A stretch of 44,236 nt of DNA, from the NCBI GenBank assembly GCA_964397315.1, contig CAYNHV010000008.1, positions 1-44,236 on the forward strand, in the 5' to 3' direction. Within the stretch, counting starts at the first letter, position 1. Every line of letters starts with the position of its first letter. The translations under genes and the position numbers were made by a program. Shown in pieces: positions 29,755-40,132 of this stretch. This DNA is from an uncultured Methanosarcinales archaeon (GTDB taxonomy: Archaea; Nanobdellota; Nanobdellia; Woesearchaeales; UBA12501). Below the pieces are notes generated by a model, which was given only the letters and a program-made list of their open reading frames with translations, did no database searches and was not told where the DNA came from.

Positions 29755-31044
29755 TTACTTGAGCTCTTTTTTCACAAGGTCAGTGCACATTCCTGCTGCA
29801 ACTGTCATGCCTGAATCCCTGATAGCGAACCTTGACATCTGAGGAATCTCCTTCTGCTTCTCTATGACAAGCGGCTGAACCGGCTTTATCTTGACAATAG
29901 CAGCGTCCCCGTTCTTCACGAAGTCAGGCTTTTCCTGCACGACCTCTCCTGTGGCTGGATTGAGCTTTTTCTCTATTTCTGTTATCTGGCATGCCACCTG
30001 CGCTGTGTGTATGTGGAACACAGGCGTGTATCCTGCTGTCACAACAGTCGGATGGTTCAGTATGACCATCTGGGCAGTGAATTCAGAGGCTACAGTAGGA
30101 GGATTGTCAGTATGTCCTATGACGTCCCCTCTTGCAACATCCTTCTTTCCAAAGCCTCTCACGCTGAATCCTATGTTGTCCCCTGGATTTGCCTCCTGAA
30201 GCTGCTCGTGGTGCATCTCTATTGTCTTGACCTCTCCGTTGACTCCCTTGCCTTCCCTTCCGGGAACAGCTATGACCTTCTCTCCGACCTTTATCTTTCC
30301 TGTCTCAACTCTTCCCACAGGCACGACGCCTATTCCTGTGATGTTATACACGTCCTGGATAGGCAGCCTTAGCGGAAGGTCTGTTGGCTTCTCAGGCTCC
30401 TTGATATTGTTAAGGGCATCAAGGAGTGTTGGCCCGTCATACCATGACATATTCTCTGATTTCTTTGCCACATTGTCCCCTGGGAAAGCCGCGACCGGCA
30501 CGAATGTTACCTCAGATGGGTTGTAGCCGACTGACTTGAGAAGATTCTCAACATCTGCCTTTACCTCCTCAAACCTTTTCTGGTCGTATTTGACAATATC
30601 CATCTTGTTCACAGCAATTATAAGCTGCTCTACTCCAAGGGTTCTTGAAAGAAACACGTGCTCTTTTGTCTGCGCCATGACACCATCATTTGCAGCCACT
30701 GCAAGAACACCTGCATCAGCCTGTGAAGCTCCTGTGATCATGTTCTTGATAAAGTCCTTGTGGCCTGGCGCGTCTATTATGGTGAAGTAATACTTGTCTG
30801 TCTCAAACTTCTTGTGAGCCAGGTCAATGGTGACTCCCCTTTCCTGCTCCTCCTTAAGGTTGTCCATGACAAAGGCGAATTCAAATCCTGCTTTTCCCAG
30901 CTCCTGAGCCTTGTCCTTAAGCTTTCTCATTGCCTGCTCTTCAATGTTTCCTGTGTCAAAAAGCAGCCTTCCTACTATTGTGGATTTTCCATGGTCTACG
31001 TGACCTATGAATACAAGGTTTATGTGTGTCTTATCTTTAGCCAT
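29755..31044 (-). CDS. tuf: Elongation factor 1-alpha
   Basis: [18 protein letters not shown]; archaeal EF-1a-type sequence. Confidence 0.98.
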   Translation of the reverse strand: MAKDKTHINLVFIGHVDHGKSTIVGRLLFDTGNIEEQAMRKLKDKAQELGKAGFEFAFVMDNLKEEQERGVTIDLAHKKFETDKYYFTIIDAPGHKDFIKNMITGASQADAGVLAVAANDGVMAQTKEHVFLSRTLGVEQLIIAVNKMDIVKYDQKRFEEVKADVENLLKSVGYNPSEVTFVPVAAFPGDNVAKKSENMSWYDGPTLLDALNNIKEPEKPTDLPLRLPIQDVYNITGIGVVPVGRVETGKIKVGEKVIAVPGREGKGVNGEVKTIEMHHEQLQEANPGDNIGFSVRGFGKKDVARGDVIGHTDNPPTVASEFTAQMVILNHPTVVTAGYTPVFHIHTAQVACQITEIEKKLNPATGEVVQEKPDFVKNGDAAIVKIKPVQPLVIEKQKEIPQMSRFAIRDSGMTVAAGMCTDLVKKELK

Positions 31045-31209
31045 TTTATAACCTCCTAATGCTCTTGTTTTTCAGTGTGAAGCCCTGAAAAAGCCTAATT
31101 TAAAGCCCCCCAGGGGTGATTATGGAAAAAGGGCTTATTTATAAAGTTTTCTGTGGGGGGCTGAGGATTCCCTACGGGTTCTCTCGCATGGTTTCACAGG
31201 GCTGAGACC

Positions 31210-33387
31210 TCACTGGTTCTCTCCCAGGCCCTTTCTCTCCCTGATCTGCTTTATTATCTTCTGCTGCATCTCATCAGGCAGCTTCTCAAAGTTTTGGTCT
31301 ATAAGGAAGTGGTTGCCCCTTCCTCCTGTTGCTGACCTGAGTTCTGAGGTCATGCCGAACATCTCAGCAACAGGCAGTTTTCCCTTCACAACCACGTCAG
31401 GCCCTTCCTGTTGCATGTCCAGCAGCTGGCCCCTCTTGTTTGATATGAGCTTTGAGATCTCTCCCATGTAGTCTACAGGAGCCTCAAACTGAAGTGTCTG
31501 GATGGGCTCAAACAGCACAGGGCCGGATTTCAGTATGGCCTCCCTCAGGCCTTCCCTCACAGCAGGGTATAACTGGGACGGCCCCCTGTGTATGGCATCC
31601 TCGTGCAGCTTGCAGTCTGTCATGTTGATCCTCATGCCCACGCAAGGCTCTCTCGCAAGAGGCCCTGCGTTCATGACATCCTCAACCATGTCAAGCACAA
31701 GCTCTATTATCTCGTTTATGTAGACTATTCCTCTTGTCTGGTCAACGAATATGTTGTTGTTGTGGATTGCCCTTATCTTGTCAGCATCCTTGGTCTCCCA
31801 TCCGCAGGCGACAAACTTGTCCCTCATTCCTATATCCTTCTTCTTAATCCTGCCCTCATAAACCTCTCCTGACTTGAGAAGCTCCTTTGTCTTGTCATTG
31901 AGGGGCTCTATGTTGAAGTAAAGCTTGTTGTGCTTGTTGGGGGATTTCGCCTCAATATTCTGGGGAGTCTTCTTTGTAACAGCCTCCCTGTAAACGACTA
32001 TGGGCGGCGAGGTGGAGACTTCAATGCCCTTGTCCACCTTTATTCTGTTCTCCACAACCTCAAGGTGCAGCTCTCCCATGCCGTGCATAAGATGCTCTCC
32101 TGTCTCCTCGTTTATCTCAATCTTTATTGTGGGGTCCTCCTTTTGGACCATTCTCAGGACCTCTATCAGCTTTGGCAGGTCGCTTGGGTTTTTTGCTTCT
32201 ATGGATTTGGTGACAACAGGCTCAAACAGGTGCACTATCTCCTCAAAGGGCTCTGCCTCGCTTATGGTTATTGTCTCTCCCGGCATTCCTTTTACTCCTG
32301 CAATGCCTATGATGTTTCCTGCAGGCACATTGTCAACTATCTCCTTCTTTGCTCCATTGTATATGAACACCTGCTGGACCTTTGCTTTCTGCCTTCCCCT
32401 GTTGAGGAACACTTCAGTTCCCTTCTTCATTGTTCCTGAGAAAAGCCTTCCGGCGGATATCTCCCCTGCCTGAGGGTCCACAACAACCTTTGTCATCACA
32501 AAGTATAAAGGCCCGCTTGGATTGCAGTTCATCAGCGATTTTCCGTCCTCGCTCTCAAGGTCTCCGTGCCACAGCTTGGGTATCCTGTAATGCTGGGAAT
32601 CAACAGGGTTTGGAAGGTGCCTTACCACTGCATTCAGTATTACGTTATGAAGGGGGGCTTTTTTTCCGAGCTCCTTGTACTTCTCACCGCCTTCCTGGTA
32701 AACGTTTATTATATCCTTGAATGACACGCCCGCGCCCTCCATGTATTTTATTGACATTGCCCAGTTGTGGAATGCCGAGCCGAAACACACTGAGCCGTCC
32801 TGCACATTGACCTGCCATTTTTCCTTGAACTCGTCAGGGGCGTTCTCCTCTATGAACTTGTTGACGTTCGTGATTATCTTCACAAACCTTTCCTGCATCT
32901 GCTCAGGCGTGAGCTGAAGCTCTTTTATTAGCCTGTCCACCTTGTTGATAAAAAGTATTGGCTTTACTCTCTCTTTCAGGGCCTGCTTCAGCACTGTCTC
33001 TGTCTGGGGCATTATTCCCTCAACAGCGCAGCACAGCACTATTGCGCCGTCCACAGCTCTCATAGCCCTGGTAACGTCCCCTCCAAAGTCAACGTGCCCA
33101 GGAGTGTCAATAAGGTTGATCAGGTACTCGTCCTTGTCAAACTCGTGCACCATTGAGACATTAGCGGAGTCTATTGTTATTCCTCTTGTCTGCTCATCCT
33201 CGTGGAAATCAAGAACAAGCTGCTTTCCTGCCAGCTCCTCTGACATCATGCCCGCGCCTGCAAGGAGATTGTCAGAGAATGTCGTCTTGCCGTGGTCTAT
33301 GTGCGCGCAGATAGCTATGTTCCTTATGTTCTTCTGCTCCTTCATGAGCCTTACCACCTTGTCGGTCATCTTTTCTCCCATGATCAA
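31210..33387 (-). CDS. fusA: Elongation factor 2
   Basis: AHIDHGKTT, DTPGHVDF, GMGELHLE, diphthamide motif HEDAIHRG. Confidence 0.98.
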   Translation of the reverse strand: MIMGEKMTDKVVRLMKEQKNIRNIAICAHIDHGKTTFSDNLLAGAGMMSEELAGKQLVLDFHEDEQTRGITIDSANVSMVHEFDKDEYLINLIDTPGHVDFGGDVTRAMRAVDGAIVLCCAVEGIMPQTETVLKQALKERVKPILFINKVDRLIKELQLTPEQMQERFVKIITNVNKFIEENAPDEFKEKWQVNVQDGSVCFGSAFHNWAMSIKYMEGAGVSFKDIINVYQEGGEKYKELGKKAPLHNVILNAVVRHLPNPVDSQHYRIPKLWHGDLESEDGKSLMNCNPSGPLYFVMTKVVVDPQAGEISAGRLFSGTMKKGTEVFLNRGRQKAKVQQVFIYNGAKKEIVDNVPAGNIIGIAGVKGMPGETITISEAEPFEEIVHLFEPVVTKSIEAKNPSDLPKLIEVLRMVQKEDPTIKIEINEETGEHLMHGMGELHLEVVENRIKVDKGIEVSTSPPIVVYREAVTKKTPQNIEAKSPNKHNKLYFNIEPLNDKTKELLKSGEVYEGRIKKKDIGMRDKFVACGWETKDADKIRAIHNNNIFVDQTRGIVYINEIIELVLDMVEDVMNAGPLAREPCVGMRINMTDCKLHEDAIHRGPSQLYPAVREGLREAILKSGPVLFEPIQTLQFEAPVDYMGEISKLISNKRGQLLDMQQEGPDVVVKGKLPVAEMFGMTSELRSATGGRGNHFLIDQNFEKLPDEMQQKIIKQIRERKGLGENQ

Positions 33388-33420
33388 TCACCGTGTTTGC
33401 TCTCTTGCATGCCTAGTTTA

Positions 33421-33927
33421 TCAGGATTCCTTGTCCCCTGTCATGTGGAATTCAGCCACTGTCCTGTAAGAGTGGAGCTCCTCGGGCCTGAACCAGAGGC
33501 TAATCTCGTACTCGGCATCCTCCTTGTTGCCGCTGGCGTGGATTATGTTCCTCACAGCAATGTCCTTGCTGTCAGCGTATGAATAGCTCACATGGCAGAA
33601 ATCCCCCCTTATCGTGCCCGGCAGGGCTTTCTTCGGCTCAGTGTCCCCCACTATCTTCCTTACATTCTCAATGGCATTGACTCCCTCAAGAACAAAAGCG
33701 ACTACAGGGCCTTCCTTGACAAACTCCACAAGGAAGTTCCTTACCTTCTCGCCTCTTCTCTTGCTTATGTCCTCTGTATAATGCTTTAATGCGAATTCCT
33801 CGTCAACCCACACCATCTTCAGGCCTATGATCTTGAGCCCGGCGTTCTCAAACCTCTCTGTTATCTTTCCAACAAGCTGGCGCTGGACCCCGTCAGGCTT
33901 TATCATGACAAATGTTTTTTCAATCAT
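33421..33927 (-). CDS. ndk: Nucleoside diphosphate kinase
   Basis: IKPDGV, PGTIRGDF, NIIHAS. Confidence 0.97.
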   Translation of the reverse strand: MIEKTFVMIKPDGVQRQLVGKITERFENAGLKIIGLKMVWVDEEFALKHYTEDISKRRGEKVRNFLVEFVKEGPVVAFVLEGVNAIENVRKIVGDTEPKKALPGTIRGDFCHVSYSYADSKDIAVRNIIHASGNKEDAEYEISLWFRPEELHSYRTVAEFHMTGDKES

Positions 33928-33936
33928 GCGCTCACC

Positions 33937-34128
33937 TCATGCTTTCATGCCTTTCTTGACTTTCTGGTACTCGTCTGTCCACTTGGTTGTTCTTGGCTTT
34001 CTCTTCAGCTTGAGGACATTCTTTTCGCATTTCTTTGAGCAGAAATTCATCACCCTGCCGTCTGTCTTGACAAACATCTTCCCTGTTCCCTTTTTTATGG
34101 TCCTTCCGCAAAAAGAGCACACAGCCAT
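33937..34128 (-). CDS. rpl24e: 50S ribosomal protein eL24
   Basis: CSFCG..I..GTG.MFV..DG....FCSKKC...KWT. Confidence 0.95.
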   Translation of the reverse strand: MAVCSFCGRTIKKGTGKMFVKTDGRVMNFCSKKCEKNVLKLKRKPRTTKWTDEYQKVKKGMKA

Positions 34129-34129
34129 T

Positions 34130-34423
34130 TTATGATCCTCCCCTTCCCTTTCTGTCAAGAGGCCTTGCCTCAAACTCTGTCTCCCTGAGCATCAGCATGT
34201 CCCCTGCTTTTACAGGGCCTTTAACATTCCTTCTGAGGACCTTGTCCTTGTCCCTGCCCTCAAGCACCTTGCACCTGACCTGGGTGGCCTCTCCTCTTGA
34301 GCCTGTTCTTCCCATGACCTCCTCAACCCGTGCAGGGGTTGCAGGGGAAAAATTGACTCCCTTCTTCTCTTCTGGAGAGGACTCCTGCCCTCTCTTTCCG
34401 GGGGTATCTTTTGGCGCTGCCAT
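34130..34423 (-). CDS. rps28e: 30S ribosomal protein eS28 with N-terminal extension
   Basis: [16 protein letters not shown].....RNVKGPV..GD.L.LRETE. Confidence 0.95.
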   Translation of the reverse strand: MAAPKDTPGKRGQESSPEEKKGVNFSPATPARVEEVMGRTGSRGEATQVRCKVLEGRDKDKVLRRNVKGPVKAGDMLMLRETEFEARPLDRKGRGGS

Positions 34424-34424
34424 T

Positions 34425-34751
34425 TTACTTCTTTGAGAGCTCTGCAATTACCTTCTTGGCGTCCCCTTCCTGCACAACAGCAACTGCTGAGGTGCCAACT
34501 CCAAGGCCTGCTGCTGCTCCAAGCTCCTCTTTTGAGGGAACTTCTATGCATAAAATTCCCTTCTCTTTTGCAAGAACAGGGATGTGCATTGTGACCTCAG
34601 GAGGTGTGGTGTCTTTTGCAACAACCACCAGCTTTGCCTTTGCTTTCTCAAGAGCCTTTGTCACTTCATTAGACCCCTTTCTTATCTTGCCTGTCCTCTT
34701 GGCCAGCTCAATTGCCTCGTATGCTTTTTCAGTGTTTTCAGCCATTTTCAT
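34425..34751 (-). CDS. rpl7ae: 50S ribosomal protein L7Ae
   Basis: [32 protein letters not shown]. Confidence 0.96.
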   Translation of the reverse strand: MKMAENTEKAYEAIELAKRTGKIRKGSNEVTKALEKAKAKLVVVAKDTTPPEVTMHIPVLAKEKGILCIEVPSKEELGAAAGLGVGTSAVAVVQEGDAKKVIAELSKK

Positions 34752-35066
34752 GCCTCCTATACATTGCTCTTTTGATTATGAAATGAGGTTTACAGAAATT
34801 TAACACCTCATTCAGGCCCGAGAGCCGTCATTAATCACCGGTATCAGCCCTGAACAAGAGGGGGTTTATAAAGCTTTTGCAGGCAAAGCAGGCCTGGATT
34901 TGCTTGGACAGCTGCTTTGACAGCTTAAACAGATATATGGCTGGCGCGCTGCTGTCAACACCAGAAACTCGCCTCCACTGGATATCATCTTCAGGGGGAA
35001 ATTGGCTGGCCATGGCCTGGATATGGCCAGGAAACATTTATAAAAACAGGGCATAAGCTGGATGGT

Positions 35067-35804
35067 ATGAGCCAGCAGCAGATAAGCGAGGAAGAGCTCA
35101 AGAACATGAGCCCTGAGCAGATAGCAGAGATGCAGAAGCAGAACTGCATTTTCTGCCATATAATAGCAGGCAAGGTCGCGTCAAAGCAGGTTTATTCTGA
35201 TGACAAGGTTACTGCAGTGCTTGACATAAACCCAGCCAATCCCGGCCATGTCCTCCTTCTTCCGAACGAGCATTATTCCATAATGCCCCAGATACCAGAG
35301 GATATTCTTAACCACCTGTTCATGGTTGCCAAGGGAATATCACACGCGTGCCTTAAGGCGTTCAAGGCCCAGGGCACGAACATATTCATAGCCAACGGTG
35401 TTGTGGCGGGCCAGAGGGCCCAGCACTTCATGATTCACATAATACCCAGGAAGGAGAATGATGGAATAACAGCATTCCAGATACCCCACAAGGAAATCTC
35501 TGAAGGCGACCTTGCAGAAATAAGAAAGGTCCTGAAGGCCAAGATAAACCAGATGATGGGAATCCAGGAAGAGGTCATGGACCTTGACAAGGCAGGAAAA
35601 CCAGAGGAGAAGGAAGCTGAATTCACTGAAGAGAAAGAAGGGCAGAAGCATGAGGAAGGAGAGAAAGGTGAAGAGGCAGGAGGGGGGCAGGAAAGCAGCG
35701 GGGAAACGCCTGAAGAGGAGCCGGAAGAGGCAGGACAGCAGGAGGAGGGTAAAAAGGAAGAGGAGGAAGTGGACATAGACAAGATAGCTGATATGTTCAA
35801 GTGA
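35067..35804 (+). CDS. HIT-family protein with acidic tail (HFMIH variant motif)
   Basis: CIFCHI, DINPANPGHVLLLP, AGQ..QHFMIHIIPR. Confidence 0.88.
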   Translation: MSQQQISEEELKNMSPEQIAEMQKQNCIFCHIIAGKVASKQVYSDDKVTAVLDINPANPGHVLLLPNEHYSIMPQIPEDILNHLFMVAKGISHACLKAFKAQGTNIFIANGVVAGQRAQHFMIHIIPRKENDGITAFQIPHKEISEGDLAEIRKVLKAKINQMMGIQEEVMDLDKAGKPEEKEAEFTEEKEGQKHEEGEKGEEAGGGQESSGETPEEEPEEAGQQEEGKKEEEEVDIDKIADMFK

Positions 35805-35810
35805 TTCAAA

Positions 35811-36338
35811 ATGAACAAAGACTGCGCTTTTTGCCAGAAGATAATGAGCAGGGAAACAGAAAAGCTCTATGAGGATGACAAGGTAGTTGCAGTCATGGAC
35901 GAGAGGCCTGCTGCACCGGGCCATGTTCTTGTGATACCCAAAGAGCACTATCCCATACTTGAGCAGGTTCCTGATTACATTGTCAGCCACACATTCATGA
36001 TAGCGAACAAGATATCTGTGGCATTGTTTGAGAGCATGAGCATGCAGGGCACGAACATTATTGTCAACAACGGTATTGCGGCAGGCCAGGAGTCAGCCCA
36101 TTTCATGATACATGTCATAGCAAGGAAGGAGAATGACGGTCTGGACTTTCAGTGGAAACCGAGGCAGCTGGAGGAAGAGGAGATGTCAACAATAGAGCTG
36201 CAGCTCAAGGAGCAGACAAAGTCAATAGGCGATTTCCAGAGGGAGAAGGACACTCCGATTGAGATAGAGGACAAGAAAAAGAAGATAGCAACTGACGAGG
36301 AAAATTACCTCTACAAGAGATTCAGGAAGATTCCGTGA
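35811..36338 (+). CDS. HIT-family protein (HFMIH variant motif)
   Basis: CAFC, PGHVLVIPKEH, AGQ..AHFMIHVIAR. Confidence 0.88.
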   Translation: MNKDCAFCQKIMSRETEKLYEDDKVVAVMDERPAAPGHVLVIPKEHYPILEQVPDYIVSHTFMIANKISVALFESMSMQGTNIIVNNGIAAGQESAHFMIHVIARKENDGLDFQWKPRQLEEEEMSTIELQLKEQTKSIGDFQREKDTPIEIEDKKKKIATDEENYLYKRFRKIP

Positions 36339-36408
36339 GGGGCGGAATGCTTGTGGGCGGCCATGTGAAGTTCTTTAGGTTCATGCGCAGGGGTCACTGC
36401 AGCGGGAA

Positions 36409-36456
36409 GTAACAAAAATCCGCGGCTCGTGGCTATCCATGGGCTAAAGCCCGTAA
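36409..36456. mobile_element. IS200/IS605-type palindromic remnant
   Basis: GTAACAAAAATCCGCGGCTCGTGGCTATCCATGGGCTAAAGCCCGT, a near-identical inverted copy of 27421-27467. Confidence 0.55.
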
Positions 36457-36539
36457 GCTAAGGCATAGGGTGTTTCTTTACCATTACATTTTGCACAAAA
36501 ACACAAAATTTATATAATCTGTAATGGTAACGAGATGCT

Positions 36540-37391
36540 ATGAGGGTCATAAGAAGGAAAAAGGGCAGGAACAGGTATTTTTATCTCCAGCATTCATTCA
36601 GGATAAAAGGGAAACCAGTAACCAAAGAGGTCTATCTTGGCAGGAACATACCGAAAGACATTGAAAAGATAAGGGACAGCCTCAGAAAAGAGGCGAAAAA
36701 GGAGCTGTACGAGAAGCTGGATAAGATAAAGAAGAACTTCCAGAATGAATGGAAAATATCTCCTGCTTCTGCAAAGAGAAAGCAGGAACAGGAGATAGCA
36801 ATAGCCTTCACCTACAACACAAATGCTATTGAAGGCTCAACAATAACACTTGAGGAGACAAGAGAGATTGTTAAGGACAAGATAGCTCCCAACAAGCCTT
36901 TGTATGACATCAAGGAGACAGAAGCGCACTACAGGGTTTTCCTGGAAATGCTGTGCAACGGCGATAAAATAACCAAAAGGCTGATATTGAAATGGCACAA
37001 GGAACTTTTTTCAGAAACAAAAAAAGAGATTGCAGGAACATTCCGGGAGCATCTTGTGAGAGTTGGAGATTATGTTGCTCCAGACTGGCAGGACGTCAAA
37101 AAGCTCATGAATGATTTCGTCAAGTATCTGGAAAGGAAAGATATGAATCCTGTTGAGCTTGCAGCAAGAGCCCATTACAGGTTCGAGAAGATACACCCTT
37201 TCAGCGACGGAAACGGAAGAGTGGGAAGGCTTCTGATGAACAAGGTCCTGTGGGATGCGAACTTTCCCATGCTGATTATAGAATACAAGAGAAGGAAATC
37301 CTACTACAAGGCATTAAAGAGAGGTGAGGATAACTTTGCTGATTATTTTCTCAGAAGATACCTGGCAGCGCATAGAAAAAGATTGCGCTGA
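36540..37391 (+). CDS. Fic-domain protein (AMPylase, class II autoinhibited)
   Basis: HPFSDGNGRVGR catalytic motif; TNAIEG inhibitory motif. Confidence 0.92.
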   Translation: MRVIRRKKGRNRYFYLQHSFRIKGKPVTKEVYLGRNIPKDIEKIRDSLRKEAKKELYEKLDKIKKNFQNEWKISPASAKRKQEQEIAIAFTYNTNAIEGSTITLEETREIVKDKIAPNKPLYDIKETEAHYRVFLEMLCNGDKITKRLILKWHKELFSETKKEIAGTFREHLVRVGDYVAPDWQDVKKLMNDFVKYLERKDMNPVELAARAHYRFEKIHPFSDGNGRVGRLLMNKVLWDANFPMLIIEYKRRKSYYKALKRGEDNFADYFLRRYLAAHRKRLR

Positions 37392-37518
37392 AAGGCCTAT
37401 AACACCAAAAGAAACAAGTTCCCCCCAGAACGGCTCGCTCCGTTCACACGCGAGCCAAGTGGGATCTCGTTCCACTCAATCCCACGACCAACCAAAACCC
37501 ATATCAGAAAAGAACCAC

Positions 37519-38382
37519 TCAAATAAACAAAAGAAACAAGTTCCCCCACAGCCATGTCACAATAAACGCAATCAGAAAGCTCGGTACAAAAGGTATTCCC
37601 TCTTTTATCAGCACCCTGTCAATCTTCTTCTGCTTCTTCAGCTTTTTCAGCTCTTTAATCTGCTCCCTGCTCACTCCCAGGTCCTTTGGCCCTGTTATCC
37701 TCTTTCCGCCGACAACAATATCCTTGGCTATCCAGTCCCCCTCAGTGAGCTTTTCAGGAGGCACGCGCTTAAGCATGCAGGATTTTTCTATGACCCTGAC
37801 AAACACCCAAAGGTAGAATGCCGCAGCATAAAGGAGGACAAGAGAGAAGAGCATCAGCCTCATGGCAGAGTCTCCTGCAAAGAGCGCGACAACAAGCAGC
37901 GCAGCTGCAGAAACTATTATCATCTTCCTTGCCCTGATTATGTTCCTCCTGCCGAGCATCCTCTTCAGCTCTTTTGCAAAGTCTTTCCTGTTCCGTGCAA
38001 CAAGAGCTATGCTCCATCCCAGAGCGTACACAGCCCCTACAAGCAGGATGTTAAGGACAAAGCCCAGGAGAAACGAGTCAGCCTGGAAGGGCAGGCCTAT
38101 GATTGCGCCCAGTCCCATCATCATCTTAGCATCCCCGCCACCCCACTGGCCTGCGTAGAACATTGCATAAGCGAGGGCGACTCCTGCAGCAAGACCCAGC
38201 CCCCCTTCAACAATGTAGCTCCAGTCAGAGTATGAGGCAGACCATATCACCCTTGCCCCTATTGCTGAAGCAATGAGACCATAGTTAAGCCAGTCAGGAA
38301 CCTCTCTTGTCTTAAGGTCAGCGTATGAGCCTATAATGAGGACAGCAACTGTCAGAATTCCAAAAAAAAGCTCAGGAGGCAT
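37519..38382 (-). CDS. Prepilin/prearchaellin peptidase (A24)
   Basis: SYADLKTREVPD, GGGDAK, GDWI, IPFVP; multi-TM. Confidence 0.9.
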   Translation of the reverse strand: MPPELFFGILTVAVLIIGSYADLKTREVPDWLNYGLIASAIGARVIWSASYSDWSYIVEGGLGLAAGVALAYAMFYAGQWGGGDAKMMMGLGAIIGLPFQADSFLLGFVLNILLVGAVYALGWSIALVARNRKDFAKELKRMLGRRNIIRARKMIIVSAAALLVVALFAGDSAMRLMLFSLVLLYAAAFYLWVFVRVIEKSCMLKRVPPEKLTEGDWIAKDIVVGGKRITGPKDLGVSREQIKELKKLKKQKKIDRVLIKEGIPFVPSFLIAFIVTWLWGNLFLLFI

Positions 38383-38461
38383 TTTGTCTGCATTATAAGG
38401 GTAAAATATATAAATATTATGTGTTTATTATACAATAGTAGATACACTTTAAAAACGGACA

Positions 38462-39148
38462 ATGTTCAGAACAAAAGAAATGCCAAGGCACGCTGCCTTT
38501 ATAATAGAAAAAGAGCCGCGCGCCAAGAATCTGGATACAGAAGAGCTATACAGGAGGATGTTCTCCAAGGTGAAATGGCTCATGGACGTGCAGACAGATC
38601 ATAACATTCCCCTAATGACAGCATACATTCTTCCTGCTGACGTAAAGAATTCAGAGGATTTCCCTGTTATAATAGACAAGCTGGTTGAGTTCTTTGAGGG
38701 GCTTAGGAATCACCAGAAAATATACTGGAAAAAGATAAAGGTGTCTGTCCTGGGCAAGTGGTACGACCTTCCTGGCAGGGCAATAGACCCCATAAAAGCC
38801 ATAATAGACGAGACAAAGGATTATGACAGCTTCTTTCTCAACCTGTGCGTTAACTACAGCGGCAAGGAGGAGATAGTTGATGCCTGCAGGATAATAGGCA
38901 GGAGGATACAGGCGGGAAAGCTTGACCTTGATGCAATAGACAAGGAGGTGATAAAGGACAATATCTACTCATCCTACTTCCTTCCCCCTGACATAATGAT
39001 AAAGACAGGAAAGGAGAAGAAGCTTCACGGGTTTCTCCTGTGGGACGCGACAGAGAGCCACATTCACTTTGCAGGCAAGAGCTGGCTCAGGCTGAACGAG
39101 AAGGACATAAAGAAAGCGATTGAGGAGTGGAGAGGGGATAATGGTTGA
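38462..39148 (+). CDS. cis-Prenyltransferase (UppS)-like protein lacking the DGNxR motif
   Basis: PRHAAFI, NYSGKEEIVDA, PDIMIKTG, GFLLW. Confidence 0.8.
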   Translation: MFRTKEMPRHAAFIIEKEPRAKNLDTEELYRRMFSKVKWLMDVQTDHNIPLMTAYILPADVKNSEDFPVIIDKLVEFFEGLRNHQKIYWKKIKVSVLGKWYDLPGRAIDPIKAIIDETKDYDSFFLNLCVNYSGKEEIVDACRIIGRRIQAGKLDLDAIDKEVIKDNIYSSYFLPPDIMIKTGKEKKLHGFLLWDATESHIHFAGKSWLRLNEKDIKKAIEEWRGDNG

Positions 39149-39177
39149 TCACGCACTCCCATCCAGACAATATCATC

Positions 39178-40068
39178 TCATCCTCTTGGCCTGTCAAAAA
39201 CGCTTCCTGTCAGGTATGGTATTCCGAAGTTGCAGACAAAATGTGATAATGAGACAGTCTTGTGCGTATTGGTATAGTCTCCTCTGATTATGTTCTCTTT
39301 CAATGATTTTATGATTTCCATGCCCGAGCTGGTATTAATGCCAGGAGTTGTAATCCCCGCAGTCCCCATGTCATACAATGCCCTCCTTGTCCTGGCATGG
39401 ATGTCGCTGTCGCTCACCACTGGAAAGTTCTTCCCGTACCTTGACCATTCATTTGAAAAATCAACAACCTCCCTGTTAACATCCCCTCCAAGCATGAGTT
39501 TCCGGAGCCAGGGTATGCAGTAGCCGTTCCACTCAAGGAAAAGCTCAGGCTCATACTTGACGCATATGTCCCTGATATCCTTTCTCTTGCTCTCTGAAAC
39601 CCTTTTCCTGAGGTTTCCGTTCTCAACAAAAGGATGGTCAAATATGGCTATTGCTCCTTTCTCAATAGTTGAGTCTATGATGCTCCTTATCGGGCTTCCA
39701 GGCTCCTGATCGTCAGAGCCTATTGTAAGAACATGGTACCCCTCCCTCGTGCCGAGCTCTTTTGCCCTGAGGATGTAGAGCTGCCTGCCGTCCTCCTCTG
39801 ACTCAACACGCATTGCAGTGTCGTCAGAATCAACACAGTATCCTCCCTCTTTTGAGAAATGTTCCTTAAATCTCTTTTCTGCATCAGAGAATGCGCTTCC
39901 ATCCAGGTATTCCAGGGCCAGGATGTCAATGCTTCTGGACTGCATTGCATCAACAACATGTCCTGGGCTGTATGCGTTGAAGTAAGGATGGAGGTGAAGC
40001 TCTATGTTATACTCTTCCTTGGTTTCTGGATTATTCTCAAGCTTTTCTTCAGTATTAACACTCCCCAT
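39178..40068 (-). CDS. PHP-like metal-dependent phosphoesterase
   Basis: ELHLH, HVL, DHPF, EWNG, SDSDIH. Confidence 0.65.
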   Translation of the reverse strand: MGSVNTEEKLENNPETKEEYNIELHLHPYFNAYSPGHVVDAMQSRSIDILALEYLDGSAFSDAEKRFKEHFSKEGGYCVDSDDTAMRVESEEDGRQLYILRAKELGTREGYHVLTIGSDDQEPGSPIRSIIDSTIEKGAIAIFDHPFVENGNLRKRVSESKRKDIRDICVKYEPELFLEWNGYCIPWLRKLMLGGDVNREVVDFSNEWSRYGKNFPVVSDSDIHARTRRALYDMGTAGITTPGINTSSGMEIIKSLKENIIRGDYTNTHKTVSLSHFVCNFGIPYLTGSVFDRPRG

Positions 40069-40132
40069 TGCCTGCAGTTCCGGTCATCACATATTTAAAG
40101 CTTACGCATGACTACTTCTGAGTGGGATAGTT

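Noticed and set aside
37324..38235. 303-aa plus-strand ORF and similar long antisense ORFs (e.g. 41409-42125, 35340-35990)
   Set aside because: Shadows of well-supported genes on the opposite strand
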